Positions 39,378 to 48,823 of a DNA stretch of 64,000 nucleotides are shown here, piece after piece (within the stretch, counting starts at the first letter, position 1; every line of letters starts with the position of its first letter). This DNA is from Candidatus Nomurabacteria bacterium (lineage in GTDB: Bacteria; Patescibacteriota; Minisyncoccia; Phycocordibacterales; UBA9973), in NCBI GenBank assembly GCA_052035195.1, contig JBPOHU010000001.1:104031-168030 (forward strand). The letters are read 5' to 3'. The position numbers and the translations under genes were made by a program. The notes beneath the pieces are model-generated. The model ran no database searches. It saw only the letters and a list, made by a program, of their open reading frames with translations, and was not told the DNA's origin.

Positions 39378-39519
39378 AACTTGACATAGGATACCAGGCA
39401 TGCTATGCTGGTATCAGAATTTAATGGGTTAGTAAGTAAGAGGGCTGCCGTCAATAGACGTGCAGCCCTTATTTTGTTTATAGCTTTTTATATATTTTAT
39501 GCTAAAATAGTACCCATGA

Positions 39520-39644
39520 ATCACGTACGAAACCGCGGTCACGGTTACGTATAGTGGTACAAAAATTATATTTCTAAATTAGACTTTTATTAATCCTATA
39601 ATAATTAAAACAGAGAGTAGACCGCGACCTGTTTCGTACGTGAT
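39520..39644 (+). other. long-range inverted repeat / structured RNA leader
   Basis: ATCACGTACGAAAC-CGCGGTC (39520-39540) pairs with GACCGCG-acct-GTTTCGTACGTGAT (39620-39644). Confidence 0.7.
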
Positions 39645-39720
39645 GAATAAGAAGCGTAAAATTGCAGCAAAAAAGAAACGTAAAGCTGACGGCAAAACAG
39701 TCTCTCTACGCCACAGATAA
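39643..39720 (+). CDS. 25-aa Lys/Arg-rich peptide (not in the ORF track)
   Basis: MNKKRKIAAKKKRKADGKTVSLRHR, followed immediately by a terminator at 39723-39752. Confidence 0.5.
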   Translation: MNKKRKIAAKKKRKADGKTVSLRHR

Positions 39721-39750
39721 ATAAAATCCTTGAGTCAAAGCTCAAGGATT

Positions 39751-40500
39751 TTATTTTAAGAACCACCCTTTTATCAGAAACTCTGTCTCTTCTGGACTCT
39801 TCACTGCAATAGTATCTATACCGGTACTTTTAACCGGATAATCATTGCCACCCACATCAAGCTTATCCCCGATAAACAATATCTTTGATATTGGAATATT
39901 AAGACTTTCAGAAAACCTATTAGCCCCATAAGCCTTGTCTATTCCTTTCTTAGTGATATCTATAGAAGTCATTCCACCCATAGTCAAAGTGTATTCTGGT
40001 AGCTTAGGAGATAGAAAAGAAATAATATGTTTTCTTTTCTCCATATATGGATCCCAAAGCATTTTGTTTTTTATTGGAGCACTATTACCAAGTCCTGAAA
40101 ATGTTATCTGGCTTCCGCGATCTTCTATTATCTCTCCGAAGGTTTCTTTTTCTTGATAACCAGCTTCTTGCAAAGTAGTCTTGAGTATCTCAATAACCTT
40201 ATTTCTTTCTTCTTCTGAGATGGATTCATCATAGAGAGTTATCCATGAGTTCTCTTCGAAAGACTTAAGGGCTGTCCCGGTAGTCGGTAAAACAAAAAGA
40301 TTTTTCCAAAGCTCTTTGGGTATAAAAGATATAAGCTGTTTTTCAAATTGTTCAAACTTGCCACCAGAGATGACTGCTACTTTTTTATTTTGAAGTAAGA
40401 GACTTAGACACTCTGCCATATCCAAAGATATAGGTCCCTTACTTTGTGCAAGAGTTCCATCCATATCAAACATGACACAGTCATACTTACTTATATCCAT
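39751..40500 (-). CDS. HAD-IIB phosphomannomutase (eukaryotic PMM-like)
   Basis: FDMDGTL, ISGG, EDRGSQIT, GGMTSIDIT..GIDK, GD...GGND. Confidence 0.88.
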   Translation of the reverse strand: MDISKYDCVMFDMDGTLAQSKGPISLDMAECLSLLLQNKKVAVISGGKFEQFEKQLISFIPKELWKNLFVLPTTGTALKSFEENSWITLYDESISEEERNKVIEILKTTLQEAGYQEKETFGEIIEDRGSQITFSGLGNSAPIKNKMLWDPYMEKRKHIISFLSPKLPEYTLTMGGMTSIDITKKGIDKAYGANRFSESLNIPISKILFIGDKLDVGGNDYPVKSTGIDTIAVKSPEETEFLIKGWFLK

Positions 40501-40503
40501 AAA

Positions 40504-42384
40504 TTATTTATTTTCTAAATAAGAAAGTACGGTTTTTAGTGGAATAGTAGCCGCGCCTATGTATTTGTCGGCAGCACCATAATAAATATAAAGAAGTCCT
40601 TTTCGCTCTACTACTCCACAAGGGAAAACTACATTTGAAACTACCCCTTGAGATTCATACTCAGCATCTGGCTCAAAGAATGGCGCCGCTGTTCTAGAGA
40701 GAACTATTGTCGGGTCTTTAAGATCAAGCAAAAGAGCTCCTACACGATAAACTCCACTCCAAGAAATACCATGATAGAGCATCAACCAACCTTTTTTTGT
40801 TTTAATTAATGGACAAGATAGTCCTATACGAACTGTATCCCACATACCATTTCTAGGATCTGTAATGTCTATACACTTTGTTATTTGTTCTGTTGCAAAA
40901 TCAAGAGTAGGGAAATAGTCTCCACAAATACCATTTCCGGCTCGATGGATTATCAAATATCCTTGAGAAAACTTCTCTGGAAGAACTGTCGCATCTTTAT
41001 CAGGAATACTATCTGGACTAAGTACTGCAGGAGCACTCCATTTATCCCAAGCTTTTGCTAGAAAATCTTTTACAGATATAGAAGTCGCTACTATTCTAGG
41101 TACATAGCCGTTAAAGCCTGTATACATCATATAGATGGTATTGCCTATACGAGTAAGGCGAGGATCTTCACAACCATGAGACTCAAAATCAGCCCTAGGA
41201 GAATAAACAGGATTATCAGACCGCTCATTTATGAAAAATCCATCTTTAGAGTTCGCATAACCAAGAGTTGAAACATTGTCGACTGTGGCTGCGCGGTATA
41301 GGAAATGTACTGTTCCATCTATATCTATAGCAGCCGGGTTGCATACGCCTCCAGCCTCCCAAGCCAAACCTTCTCTAGGAGAGAGGATAGGATTTTTCTT
41401 ATGTCTTATGATTTCAGGTTTTGTTGTTAGGGACTTAAGGAAAGGGTCAAGAGGGATAGTAGCTTTGGCACAAAACGTATCTGCTCCTCCATAATAAACT
41501 TCGAGCATATTTTTCTTTACTATAGCTCCAGTAGGGAAAACTATATTTGGTACTTGTCCTATTTTTTCGTAGTACCACTCAGGAGTAAGGAATGGCCCCT
41601 TGGTTCTACCTATTATTTTCTTAGGATTATTTGTTTCAAGCAGTATTGCTTCAACCCCAAACATTGGATGATCAGTCCAATAATTTTGAATATGACAATA
41701 AACAGCAAGCCAGCCACTCTTTGTAAGTACTGGTACAGCACCGAGCTCTACATGATCTTTTTCTTTTCTTCTTAGGACTATTTCGTATTTATCTTTCTCC
41801 TGATACCATTTTTGCCATTTCTTTTGATCCCAGATCTCTTCTAAAGTACTAAAATTTCTAATACAGAGCTTTGATGGACCTGGATCAGTATCGATAGTTA
41901 TAAAAGCAGTGTATTTATCTCCAATCTTTTTAGGGAAGAGTGCCATAGCCTTGGCATTGAAAGGTGTTACCAAATGCTTTGCATAAATAGTTTTCAAATC
42001 TTTACTAAGAGCTACTGCAGTTTTGATGCAATGTGGACCAAAAGGGTAGTCACTAAGAGCTGTATAAAAAATATAATAAGTGTCCCCAATCTTTGTAACA
42101 CGAGGGTCTTCACAGCCATACTTATCAAAGTCTTCACTAGGAGCAATCAAAACTGCTCTATCAGAAAAATCTTCACCATTTTTTGAAAAAGCCACACCAA
42201 TAGTTGAAATAGAAATGTGTGGCTTTCTAACAGGATCTTCATTTGACATTGCTCTATAAACTAAAGCAGTAGTTTTACTATCAATCACAACAGGACAACC
42301 ATTAAATGTTGCCTTTGATTCCCATGAATGATTTTTTAAAGGAGAAAGAATTGGATTTTTTTCGCTTCTATTTATGTTAAACAT
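40504..42384 (-). CDS. tandem two-domain GH130-like beta-mannoside phosphorylase/glycosidase
   Basis: Two copies of NPILSP, GCEDPR, VVFP.G and YYG.AD. Confidence 0.85.
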   Translation of the reverse strand: MFNINRSEKNPILSPLKNHSWESKATFNGCPVVIDSKTTALVYRAMSNEDPVRKPHISISTIGVAFSKNGEDFSDRAVLIAPSEDFDKYGCEDPRVTKIGDTYYIFYTALSDYPFGPHCIKTAVALSKDLKTIYAKHLVTPFNAKAMALFPKKIGDKYTAFITIDTDPGPSKLCIRNFSTLEEIWDQKKWQKWYQEKDKYEIVLRRKEKDHVELGAVPVLTKSGWLAVYCHIQNYWTDHPMFGVEAILLETNNPKKIIGRTKGPFLTPEWYYEKIGQVPNIVFPTGAIVKKNMLEVYYGGADTFCAKATIPLDPFLKSLTTKPEIIRHKKNPILSPREGLAWEAGGVCNPAAIDIDGTVHFLYRAATVDNVSTLGYANSKDGFFINERSDNPVYSPRADFESHGCEDPRLTRIGNTIYMMYTGFNGYVPRIVATSISVKDFLAKAWDKWSAPAVLSPDSIPDKDATVLPEKFSQGYLIIHRAGNGICGDYFPTLDFATEQITKCIDITDPRNGMWDTVRIGLSCPLIKTKKGWLMLYHGISWSGVYRVGALLLDLKDPTIVLSRTAAPFFEPDAEYESQGVVSNVVFPCGVVERKGLLYIYYGAADKYIGAATIPLKTVLSYLENK

Positions 42385-42423
42385 ATGTAAAGAGTATATA
42401 TTAAAAAAATTATTTTGTATTTT

Positions 42424-43518
42424 TTATTCTGTGTATACCAACCAAGAAAGTACATCTTGAAGTGGAGCTTGCGCAACACAAGTATGCATATCACCTCCAC
42501 CATAATAAACAAGTAACATTTCTTCACGTACTACTGCACCACAAACGTACACAATACCCGGCTTACCATCATTTTCATACCAACAATCTGGAGTAAGCAA
42601 TGGTCCAGGACTTCGTGCTATAACTTTTGAAGGATTATTTATATCTAGAAGCATTACTCCTACTTTGTATTTTTCTGATTCATGTTTTTCTACTGCATGA
42701 TAGAGAACGAGCCAGCCTTTTTCTGTTTTGATAGGAGGGCATCCTGCTCCACGAAGCCATGTATCCCAAGAATCTCTTTCGTGTCTTTTGAATTTACTTT
42801 CTATTTTTTTTGTTCCTTTAGATAAGTCTTCTAATCTCTCAATATAATCAACCTGCACAGTAGGCGAAATGCTGTGAAGTATCGCAAACTTACCATCTAT
42901 TTTCTCTGGAAAAAGAACCCAGTTTTTATGTATTTCTCCTTCGGGGGATATAAGAATAGGTTTTTTCCAATTCCATTTCCCAGCAATAAAATCTTTTTCT
43001 AAAATAGAACTCACTCCAATACGAATAAAATCCCAACCGTCAAAAGCGTTGAAAGTTAGATAGAGTGTATCTTCTATGCGTACGAGTCTAGGATCTTCTG
43101 CTCCACCCCAAGATCCACCAGAGGGATAAAGTACTGGGTCATAACGATACCTTTCATCAGAGAGACCGCGAATATTTTCCAAAAAGAAAACAGGATAATC
43201 ACCACGCTCTTCAAAATTTATTCCGTTTGTACTCTTTGAATATCCAAGTCTAGAAACACCATCAGTTCCTATTGCTCTATAAAGAAGATGAACATTGTGA
43301 TCATCATCTTTATAAGCAGCAGGATTGAAAACTCCGCACGCCTCCCATTCATTGTGAGACTGAGGAGACATTACTGGATTTTGATGAAACTTTTTTAAAG
43401 AAAAAGGTTTCTCTCGAGACTTTTGAAAACGCTCTCGCAAACGCAGAAATAAAACAACTAAAACAAAAGCAAATATAACTATCTCTAAAAATAGACGAAC
43501 GTCATGCTCAGTTATCAT
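42424..43518 (-). CDS. GH130-like glycosidase with N-terminal membrane anchor
   Basis: TM helix, VFNPAA, LLYRA, GAEDPR, KNWVLFP, WLVLYH, YYGGGD. Confidence 0.85.
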   Translation of the reverse strand: MITEHDVRLFLEIVIFAFVLVVLFLRLRERFQKSREKPFSLKKFHQNPVMSPQSHNEWEACGVFNPAAYKDDDHNVHLLYRAIGTDGVSRLGYSKSTNGINFEERGDYPVFFLENIRGLSDERYRYDPVLYPSGGSWGGAEDPRLVRIEDTLYLTFNAFDGWDFIRIGVSSILEKDFIAGKWNWKKPILISPEGEIHKNWVLFPEKIDGKFAILHSISPTVQVDYIERLEDLSKGTKKIESKFKRHERDSWDTWLRGAGCPPIKTEKGWLVLYHAVEKHESEKYKVGVMLLDINNPSKVIARSPGPLLTPDCWYENDGKPGIVYVCGAVVREEMLLVYYGGGDMHTCVAQAPLQDVLSWLVYTE

Positions 43519-43531
43519 TTAGAAAAACCCT

Positions 43532-43909
43532 TTATGCTTTTTTTGAGCTTGCTTTTTTAGTTCGACCGTATGAGTCCTGTACGCGAACAATATCAGATTC
43601 TTCAAAATGCCCTGTGGCTATTTCGAGTATTTGAAGGGGAGTTTCAGCGATGATTCTGTGGAGCGTTTTCGGGGGTACTGTAAACTCCTTACCAGGCTTT
43701 GCTACGTATTTCTTTTTACCAACAACAACAAATCCTGTGCCAGAAATGATGTGCCAAAATTCTGCTCTATCATGATGATATTGAAGTGAGAGAGATGCTC
43801 CTGCTTTTACGTGTATTATTTTTATAGTTGAAGGTTCGTTATAGGTATAGCGATTAAAAAATCCCCAAGGTCTCTTTTCTGTATAGAAATTTTTGAGAGA
43901 ATTTTTCAT
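43532..43909 (-). CDS. mannose-6-phosphate isomerase, type II C-terminal cupin
   Basis: RPWG, LSLQYHHDRAEFW, HRI, EIATG..E.DIVR.QDSYGR; start reassigned to ATG 43909. Confidence 0.9.
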   Translation of the reverse strand: MKNSLKNFYTEKRPWGFFNRYTYNEPSTIKIIHVKAGASLSLQYHHDRAEFWHIISGTGFVVVGKKKYVAKPGKEFTVPPKTLHRIIAETPLQILEIATGHFEESDIVRVQDSYGRTKKASSKKA

Positions 43910-43984
43910 ATAAATATGTACCAAGTGTACCATACAAAAATCAAAAAATATGGTATAATACCTGTGTAAAAGTGGAGAAATACT

Positions 43985-45049
43985 ATGAGCAAGGATTACT
44001 ATAAAACATTGGGAGTAGAAAAGGGCGCATCGAAAGATGAAATAAAAAAAGCCTTCCATAAAATGGCTCACAAATACCACCCTGATAAAAGCGGTGGAGA
44101 TGAAGCCAAATTCAAAGAGGTAAATGAAGCCTACCAAACACTCTCTGACGACCAAAAAAGAGCTAGTTATGATCAGTTTGGTTCTGATGGCCCTCAAATG
44201 GGTGGTTTTGGCGGTGGAGGATTCGATGGTTTTGACTTTAGTGGTTTTGGCCAAGGTCAAGGCGGTTTTGAGTTCGACATAGGAGATATGTTCGGAGGTA
44301 TGTTTGGCGGTGGAAGAACACGCAAACCTCGTGGTAACGATCTTCAAACTTCAATGACTATAGACTTCAAAGAGTCTGTCTTTGGTGTTGATAAAGAATT
44401 AAAAGTTACCAAACCTTCAACATGCAACACTTGTAAAGGTGATGGTGCTACTCCTGGAACAAAACTTGAAACTTGTAGTACTTGTAACGGCGCTGGTGTT
44501 GTGAGAAATATTCAACGCACCATACTTGGCTCTATTGCTACAAATCAAACCTGTAGTAAGTGTAATGGTGCAGGTAAAATACCAAAAGATCCTTGCAAGA
44601 CCTGTCGTGGTACAGGAGTAATGAACGACACTAGAACTATCAAAGTCTCTATTCCATCAGGGATACAAAACGGCGAGACACTACGACTCTCTGGTATGGG
44701 AGAAGCTATCCAAGGTGGACCATCAGGAGACCTATATGTACATATGTCTGTTGCTCCACACAAAACTATTTCAAGAAAAGGAACAGACTTATATACCAAT
44801 CTAGATATTAAGCTAACTGACGCCCTACTCGGAGCACAATACTCTATCGAGACACTCGATGGTAATGAAGTTATTTCTATACCAGCTGGTACCAAAATAG
44901 GTAGTACTGTCATAATCAAAGAAAAAGGCGTACCACTATCTAAATCAAAAAGAGGAAACTTTATCGTACAACTAAATATCAAACTCCCAGAAAAACTTTC
45001 AAAAGAAGCAAAAGCAATAATCGAAGAGCTTAAAAAGCAGGGGATATAA
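43985..45049 (+). CDS. dnaJ: molecular chaperone DnaJ
   Basis: HPD J-domain, G/F-rich region and four CxxCxGxG repeats. Confidence 0.98.
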   Translation: MSKDYYKTLGVEKGASKDEIKKAFHKMAHKYHPDKSGGDEAKFKEVNEAYQTLSDDQKRASYDQFGSDGPQMGGFGGGGFDGFDFSGFGQGQGGFEFDIGDMFGGMFGGGRTRKPRGNDLQTSMTIDFKESVFGVDKELKVTKPSTCNTCKGDGATPGTKLETCSTCNGAGVVRNIQRTILGSIATNQTCSKCNGAGKIPKDPCKTCRGTGVMNDTRTIKVSIPSGIQNGETLRLSGMGEAIQGGPSGDLYVHMSVAPHKTISRKGTDLYTNLDIKLTDALLGAQYSIETLDGNEVISIPAGTKIGSTVIIKEKGVPLSKSKRGNFIVQLNIKLPEKLSKEAKAIIEELKKQGI

Positions 45050-45070
45050 AAAAACGGGCTTGGGCCCGTT

Positions 45071-45586
45071 TTATTTTTGATTAATATGTTTGTGCGGTAT
45101 GAGATGAGAGAGTATACAACCAAGCACACCCCCGACCACAAAATAAACCATTAATGAATCGTCATGACTAGCATGCTCTGTAAATGTTTGTATGTATTTT
45201 GGTATGAATACATAAATAGAAGCAATGGCTACCATGCTAGATAGGAATAGCGGTCTTTTTGCGTTAGGGAAGTGGCGCTTTGTTTCGCCCCAAAGGAAGA
45301 TTACATCCATAAGTACATGAACGAGGAACCAAAATATAATCACATTAGAGTATTCGTTGCTATGAGCACTGAACTCTATAGCCTCGATCACCATATGCGC
45401 TAATAAAAACAACAAACTCAGAACATGGGCTTTTCTATGGGCAATAAGCGCAATTAGAAAACCACCGGTTATCAAAATAAATGACCAGATATTTCCAAAA
45501 TCCATTTCAGCAACGTGAAATGAAATGGCAATAAGATATACCACCAAAAATAGTTTCCAGAAAATGTCTTTGAAATCGTTTATCAT
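45071..45586 (-). CDS. His-containing multi-pass membrane protein, possible metal transporter
   Basis: About six TM segments with HVAE, HMVIE, HVLMD and HLIPHKH; divergent from a Fur-family gene. Confidence 0.6.
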   Translation of the reverse strand: MINDFKDIFWKLFLVVYLIAISFHVAEMDFGNIWSFILITGGFLIALIAHRKAHVLSLLFLLAHMVIEAIEFSAHSNEYSNVIIFWFLVHVLMDVIFLWGETKRHFPNAKRPLFLSSMVAIASIYVFIPKYIQTFTEHASHDDSLMVYFVVGGVLGCILSHLIPHKHINQK

Positions 45587-45616
45587 AAATAAATCTATTT
45601 AAGGCCATTCTACACC

Positions 45617-45637
45617 ATTTGCAAGTTGTTTGCAAAT
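45617..45637. promoter_or_regulatory. putative Fur/Zur operator
   Basis: Perfect 8-5-8 palindrome ATTTGCAA-GTTGT-TTGCAAAT between the divergent genes. Confidence 0.7.
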
Positions 45638-45654
45638 AGTATAAAGTACTCCAC

Positions 45655-45981
45655 ATGAGAGTCTCAAAATACAAAAATGATATCGTTGGCTTATTTGCAA
45701 ATAGTCACACTTTAAACATCCAAGCTATTTTTGAAAAATTAGGCAAGCCTGATTTCTCAACAGTGTTTCGTAATGTTGAGCAACTTTGTTCTGAAGGAAT
45801 CCTAAAGAAAATAGTAGTAGATTTAAAAACAGTAGTTTATGAACTAGCTTCTCATGCTCATGGGCATTTTATTTGTACAAATTGTAAAAAAGTCTCTGCT
45901 ATAGATATAAAAATACCAAAAATAAAAGAAGGTACACCTTCTGATATTACTCTTTACGGATCTTGCCAAAAGTGTAAATAA
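45655..45981 (+). CDS. Fur family transcriptional regulator
   Basis: STVFRNVE, HAHGHFICTNC, C-terminal GSCQKC. Confidence 0.9.
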   Translation: MRVSKYKNDIVGLFANSHTLNIQAIFEKLGKPDFSTVFRNVEQLCSEGILKKIVVDLKTVVYELASHAHGHFICTNCKKVSAIDIKIPKIKEGTPSDITLYGSCQKCK

Positions 45982-46015
45982 AAATGAGCCTTTTGAGGGG
46001 CTCGTTGTAAAGTAA

Positions 46016-46360
46016 TTAATTTAAAATTTTTTTGGTGTACAGTTTCAAAATTTCCACAAGATCATCACTCACGTGGTAGTAAACACCGGTTCTATTGAGG
46101 TAACCTGAGTCTACTAAGCTATGCAAAGTGGCCAGAACTTCTTTTGGCAGGGGAGAAATGTTCTTACTCTTTGCCAGCTCTTCTGCCGTGAAGTAGGTCC
46201 ATTTTTCAGGATTTTTCTTTTGCTGAAATTTTACAATTTCCTCCAAAAGCGTCTCGGCATCCTCTTTAAAATAAGGTGCAACCTTAAAGTTAGGGACTAC
46301 ATTCAGAGGTAATACTTCGGGGTTAATTAATCCGGTCGAATAACTTACGTGCGGTTCCAT
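46016..46360 (-). CDS. hypothetical protein, possible winged helix (ORFan unit)
   Basis: FTAEELAK...LHSLVDSGYL..TG.YY pattern; own TTGACT promoter. Confidence 0.6.
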   Translation of the reverse strand: MEPHVSYSTGLINPEVLPLNVVPNFKVAPYFKEDAETLLEEIVKFQQKKNPEKWTYFTAEELAKSKNISPLPKEVLATLHSLVDSGYLNRTGVYYHVSDDLVEILKLYTKKILN

Positions 46361-46453
46361 TTAATGGGGTTTTGGTTTTTAAAATTTTTTAAAATACTAT
46401 CATAAATATTCAAAAAGTCAAAAAATATGCTTAGATAGAGGGCTTATTCTATA

Positions 46454-46568
46454 TTGACAAAACACTCTAAATATGCTATTATATAGATATAGCTCTTTGA
46501 GATGTTTTAGTTGGTTTTCCAGAGTTTTCATCCGCCAACTGGCGGAAGGTTTTGGTAAATCAACTAAA
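46454..46568 (+). repeat. duplicated promoter plus hairpin 5' leader, copy 1
   Basis: TTGACAAAACACTCTAAATATGCTATTATATA...CTTTGAGATGTTTTAGTTGGTTTTCCAGAG...TTTTGGTAAA is shared with 49071-49184. Confidence 0.9.
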
Positions 46569-46572
46569 CAAT

Positions 46573-46911
46573 ATGCTACTTAAAATAATTAAAACCTTTT
46601 CCACGCTACTTATGGTGATTGCTATTATTTATCTTTCTTGGTTTATCTATCATCAAATAAAATATTCCAAACAAGAAAAAGTTATAGTGTCACTCGAAGC
46701 AAAAAATGAACAGAACAGAGAAGAATTTTACAAATTATCTGATTTGCGACATGAAATCAAAATGAATGACTATTTTGCGAAAACCGATAGTTTAGACACT
46801 GAAATATCAAAAAGAAACAAAATCGGAGAAAAAATTCTCCAACAAATAGACAGTGTCCGTAACGTCAAACGAGAGATTAATGCAAAAAGTACTTTCTGGA
46901 TAGTAAGGTGA
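46573..46911 (+). CDS. membrane-anchored coiled-coil hypothetical protein
   Basis: One N-terminal TM, then coiled coil; terminator near 46928-46958. Confidence 0.65.
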   Translation: MLLKIIKTFSTLLMVIAIIYLSWFIYHQIKYSKQEKVIVSLEAKNEQNREEFYKLSDLRHEIKMNDYFAKTDSLDTEISKRNKIGEKILQQIDSVRNVKREINAKSTFWIVR

Positions 46912-47011
46912 TTAAAAAACTATTAGCAAGCCTCCAAACAAAACGGAGGCTTTTTTTATTGCTTTATATATTACACAAAATAAAAAACTAGCATTTCTGC
47001 TAGTTTCGTTT

Positions 47012-48781
47012 TTAATTAATTGCAAGACCTTTTTGCCATAAAACATTAAATTGTTTATTAGATGACAAAAGATCACTGAGAGTTCCAGCGCCTACAATTC
47101 GTCCCTCGCTAAAGAAATATATCTTTTGGAATAAAGGGAGCAAATGAAGACGATGGATAGTTGAGATAACTGTTTTACCTTCAAACTCTTTAAAGATGTT
47201 TTTATAAACCTCCATTTCAGTAGCAGTATCTAAACTACTTGTAGGTTCATCGAGTAAAACAATATCTTTGTTATGACTAGCAAGAAGACCTCTTGCTAAA
47301 GCCAAACGTTGTTGCTGTCCACCACTGAGATTAACACCTTTTTCTTTGATAGAGGTGTCAAACTTTTTTGGTAATTTATCAGCAACCTCAGTAAAGCAAG
47401 CCATGTCGGTATACTTTTTAACAAAATCCATTTCATATTCTGCTCCTAATGTAATATTTTCAATTATTGTAGTTGCAAATATTTCTGGATTTTGTGGCAC
47501 CAACGAGATTGCCTGACTTATACTCTCAAAACCATCAGATAAATCTTGCCCATCTACTTTTAAATGAATACTTTTTGGGCAATATAAATCCCTAACAACC
47601 TTTAATAAGGTTGTTTTACCACTTCCTGTTTCTCCAACAAGTGCAATGTGTTCACCTTTTTGTATAGACATAGAAATGTCTTCCAGGTGTAACTCGCAAG
47701 ACTCTTCATTGTGGTAAGAAAAATTAAGATTTTTAATTTCCAACTGTTTCCAATCTTTAGGTAATAAATGATTGGTAAAGTTTTCTATCTTAAAATCTTC
47801 TGTTAATTCTTCTGAGTTAACTACCTTGGCCTTACGATGCAAAGTGTCTCCGTACATGCTAGTAAATTTAAAAAATAATTCACTAACCCTGCCTAGATAA
47901 TTGATAAGAAGATAAACACTTCCTACCAAAACACCTTGTGTAGTTCCTATGTGTTGCCAAAAATAAACAGCCAAAACGATTACTGTCATACCAGAGCAAC
48001 ACATATTTGTCAGAAACCATTTAAGTTCAACCAAGCGATTGTTCTTTTTGAAGAGTTCATACGGCTTTTCTACCTTGCTAGCAATAGCGCTAAAGACCAA
48101 TCTTTCAACCCTAAGAATGATAACTGTTGTGATATTACTAATAGCGTCAAAAACACTTTCAGAAACATTATTTTCATAACGATTCAGTTGTTTATATTGA
48201 TCGATAATAACTCGATCAAATCGCATAGTTATCCAAATACTTATCAGTATCATTCCTAGTACAATAAAAGATGACGAGGGACTAAAATAAATAAGCATAG
48301 CGTAGCTTACAACAAACTGTACAATTGCTGAGATAACTAAAAAAGAATTCTCAGAAAATGAATACAGCCCGCTCGCTCCTTTTTCTATTCTATCTATCGT
48401 ATCTCCCGAATGATGGTCAACGTGCCACTCCATAGGAAGCGACATTACTCCTTTCAACAAGTGTTTTCGATAACTTGCCCTAGCCTTAAAAGCATTAATA
48501 CGCTCTATAAGCCTAGCAGGACCATGGAACCCCCAAAATAGTACATCGATAAGTACAGTGAGGGACAAGAGCGTCAGAAGTAAACCAATATTTTCTTTTG
48601 TAATTCCTTGCTTGGTAATTACATCAATTATCTTGGCCCATATTATAGGACCAGGAACTAACTCAACTATATTTGCTGTGATAAACATAGCCCAGTACAG
48701 TACAATTTTACTTTTATTACCGTCTGAATACTGCCATGTTTTTCTAAGCAAATAGGAGAGTGGGTTTTGATTTTTTCTCAT
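47012..48781 (-). CDS. ABC exporter, fused TMD-NBD
   Basis: Multiple TMs, GETGSGKT, LSGGQQQR, LLDEPTSSLD, IHRL. Confidence 0.95.
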   Translation of the reverse strand: MRKNQNPLSYLLRKTWQYSDGNKSKIVLYWAMFITANIVELVPGPIIWAKIIDVITKQGITKENIGLLLTLLSLTVLIDVLFWGFHGPARLIERINAFKARASYRKHLLKGVMSLPMEWHVDHHSGDTIDRIEKGASGLYSFSENSFLVISAIVQFVVSYAMLIYFSPSSSFIVLGMILISIWITMRFDRVIIDQYKQLNRYENNVSESVFDAISNITTVIILRVERLVFSAIASKVEKPYELFKKNNRLVELKWFLTNMCCSGMTVIVLAVYFWQHIGTTQGVLVGSVYLLINYLGRVSELFFKFTSMYGDTLHRKAKVVNSEELTEDFKIENFTNHLLPKDWKQLEIKNLNFSYHNEESCELHLEDISMSIQKGEHIALVGETGSGKTTLLKVVRDLYCPKSIHLKVDGQDLSDGFESISQAISLVPQNPEIFATTIIENITLGAEYEMDFVKKYTDMACFTEVADKLPKKFDTSIKEKGVNLSGGQQQRLALARGLLASHNKDIVLLDEPTSSLDTATEMEVYKNIFKEFEGKTVISTIHRLHLLPLFQKIYFFSEGRIVGAGTLSDLLSSNKQFNVLWQKGLAIN

Positions 48782-48823
48782 ATTTTTTTATTTAGTTGTG
48801 AAAAGAACATTTTTATTGCTCAA

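Noticed and set aside
39520-39644. parS site, or 6S/SRP/tmRNA identity for the long stem
   Set aside because: TGTTTCGTACGTGA only matches parS with a 2-nt insertion; no SRP GGAA loop motif, no tRNA-like ends, and it is shorter than a typical 6S RNA with no paired apical stem visible.
43910-44347. N-terminal extension of the 271-aa ORF over dnaJ
   Set aside because: It is an antisense shadow of dnaJ; the cupin domain starts at ATG 43909.
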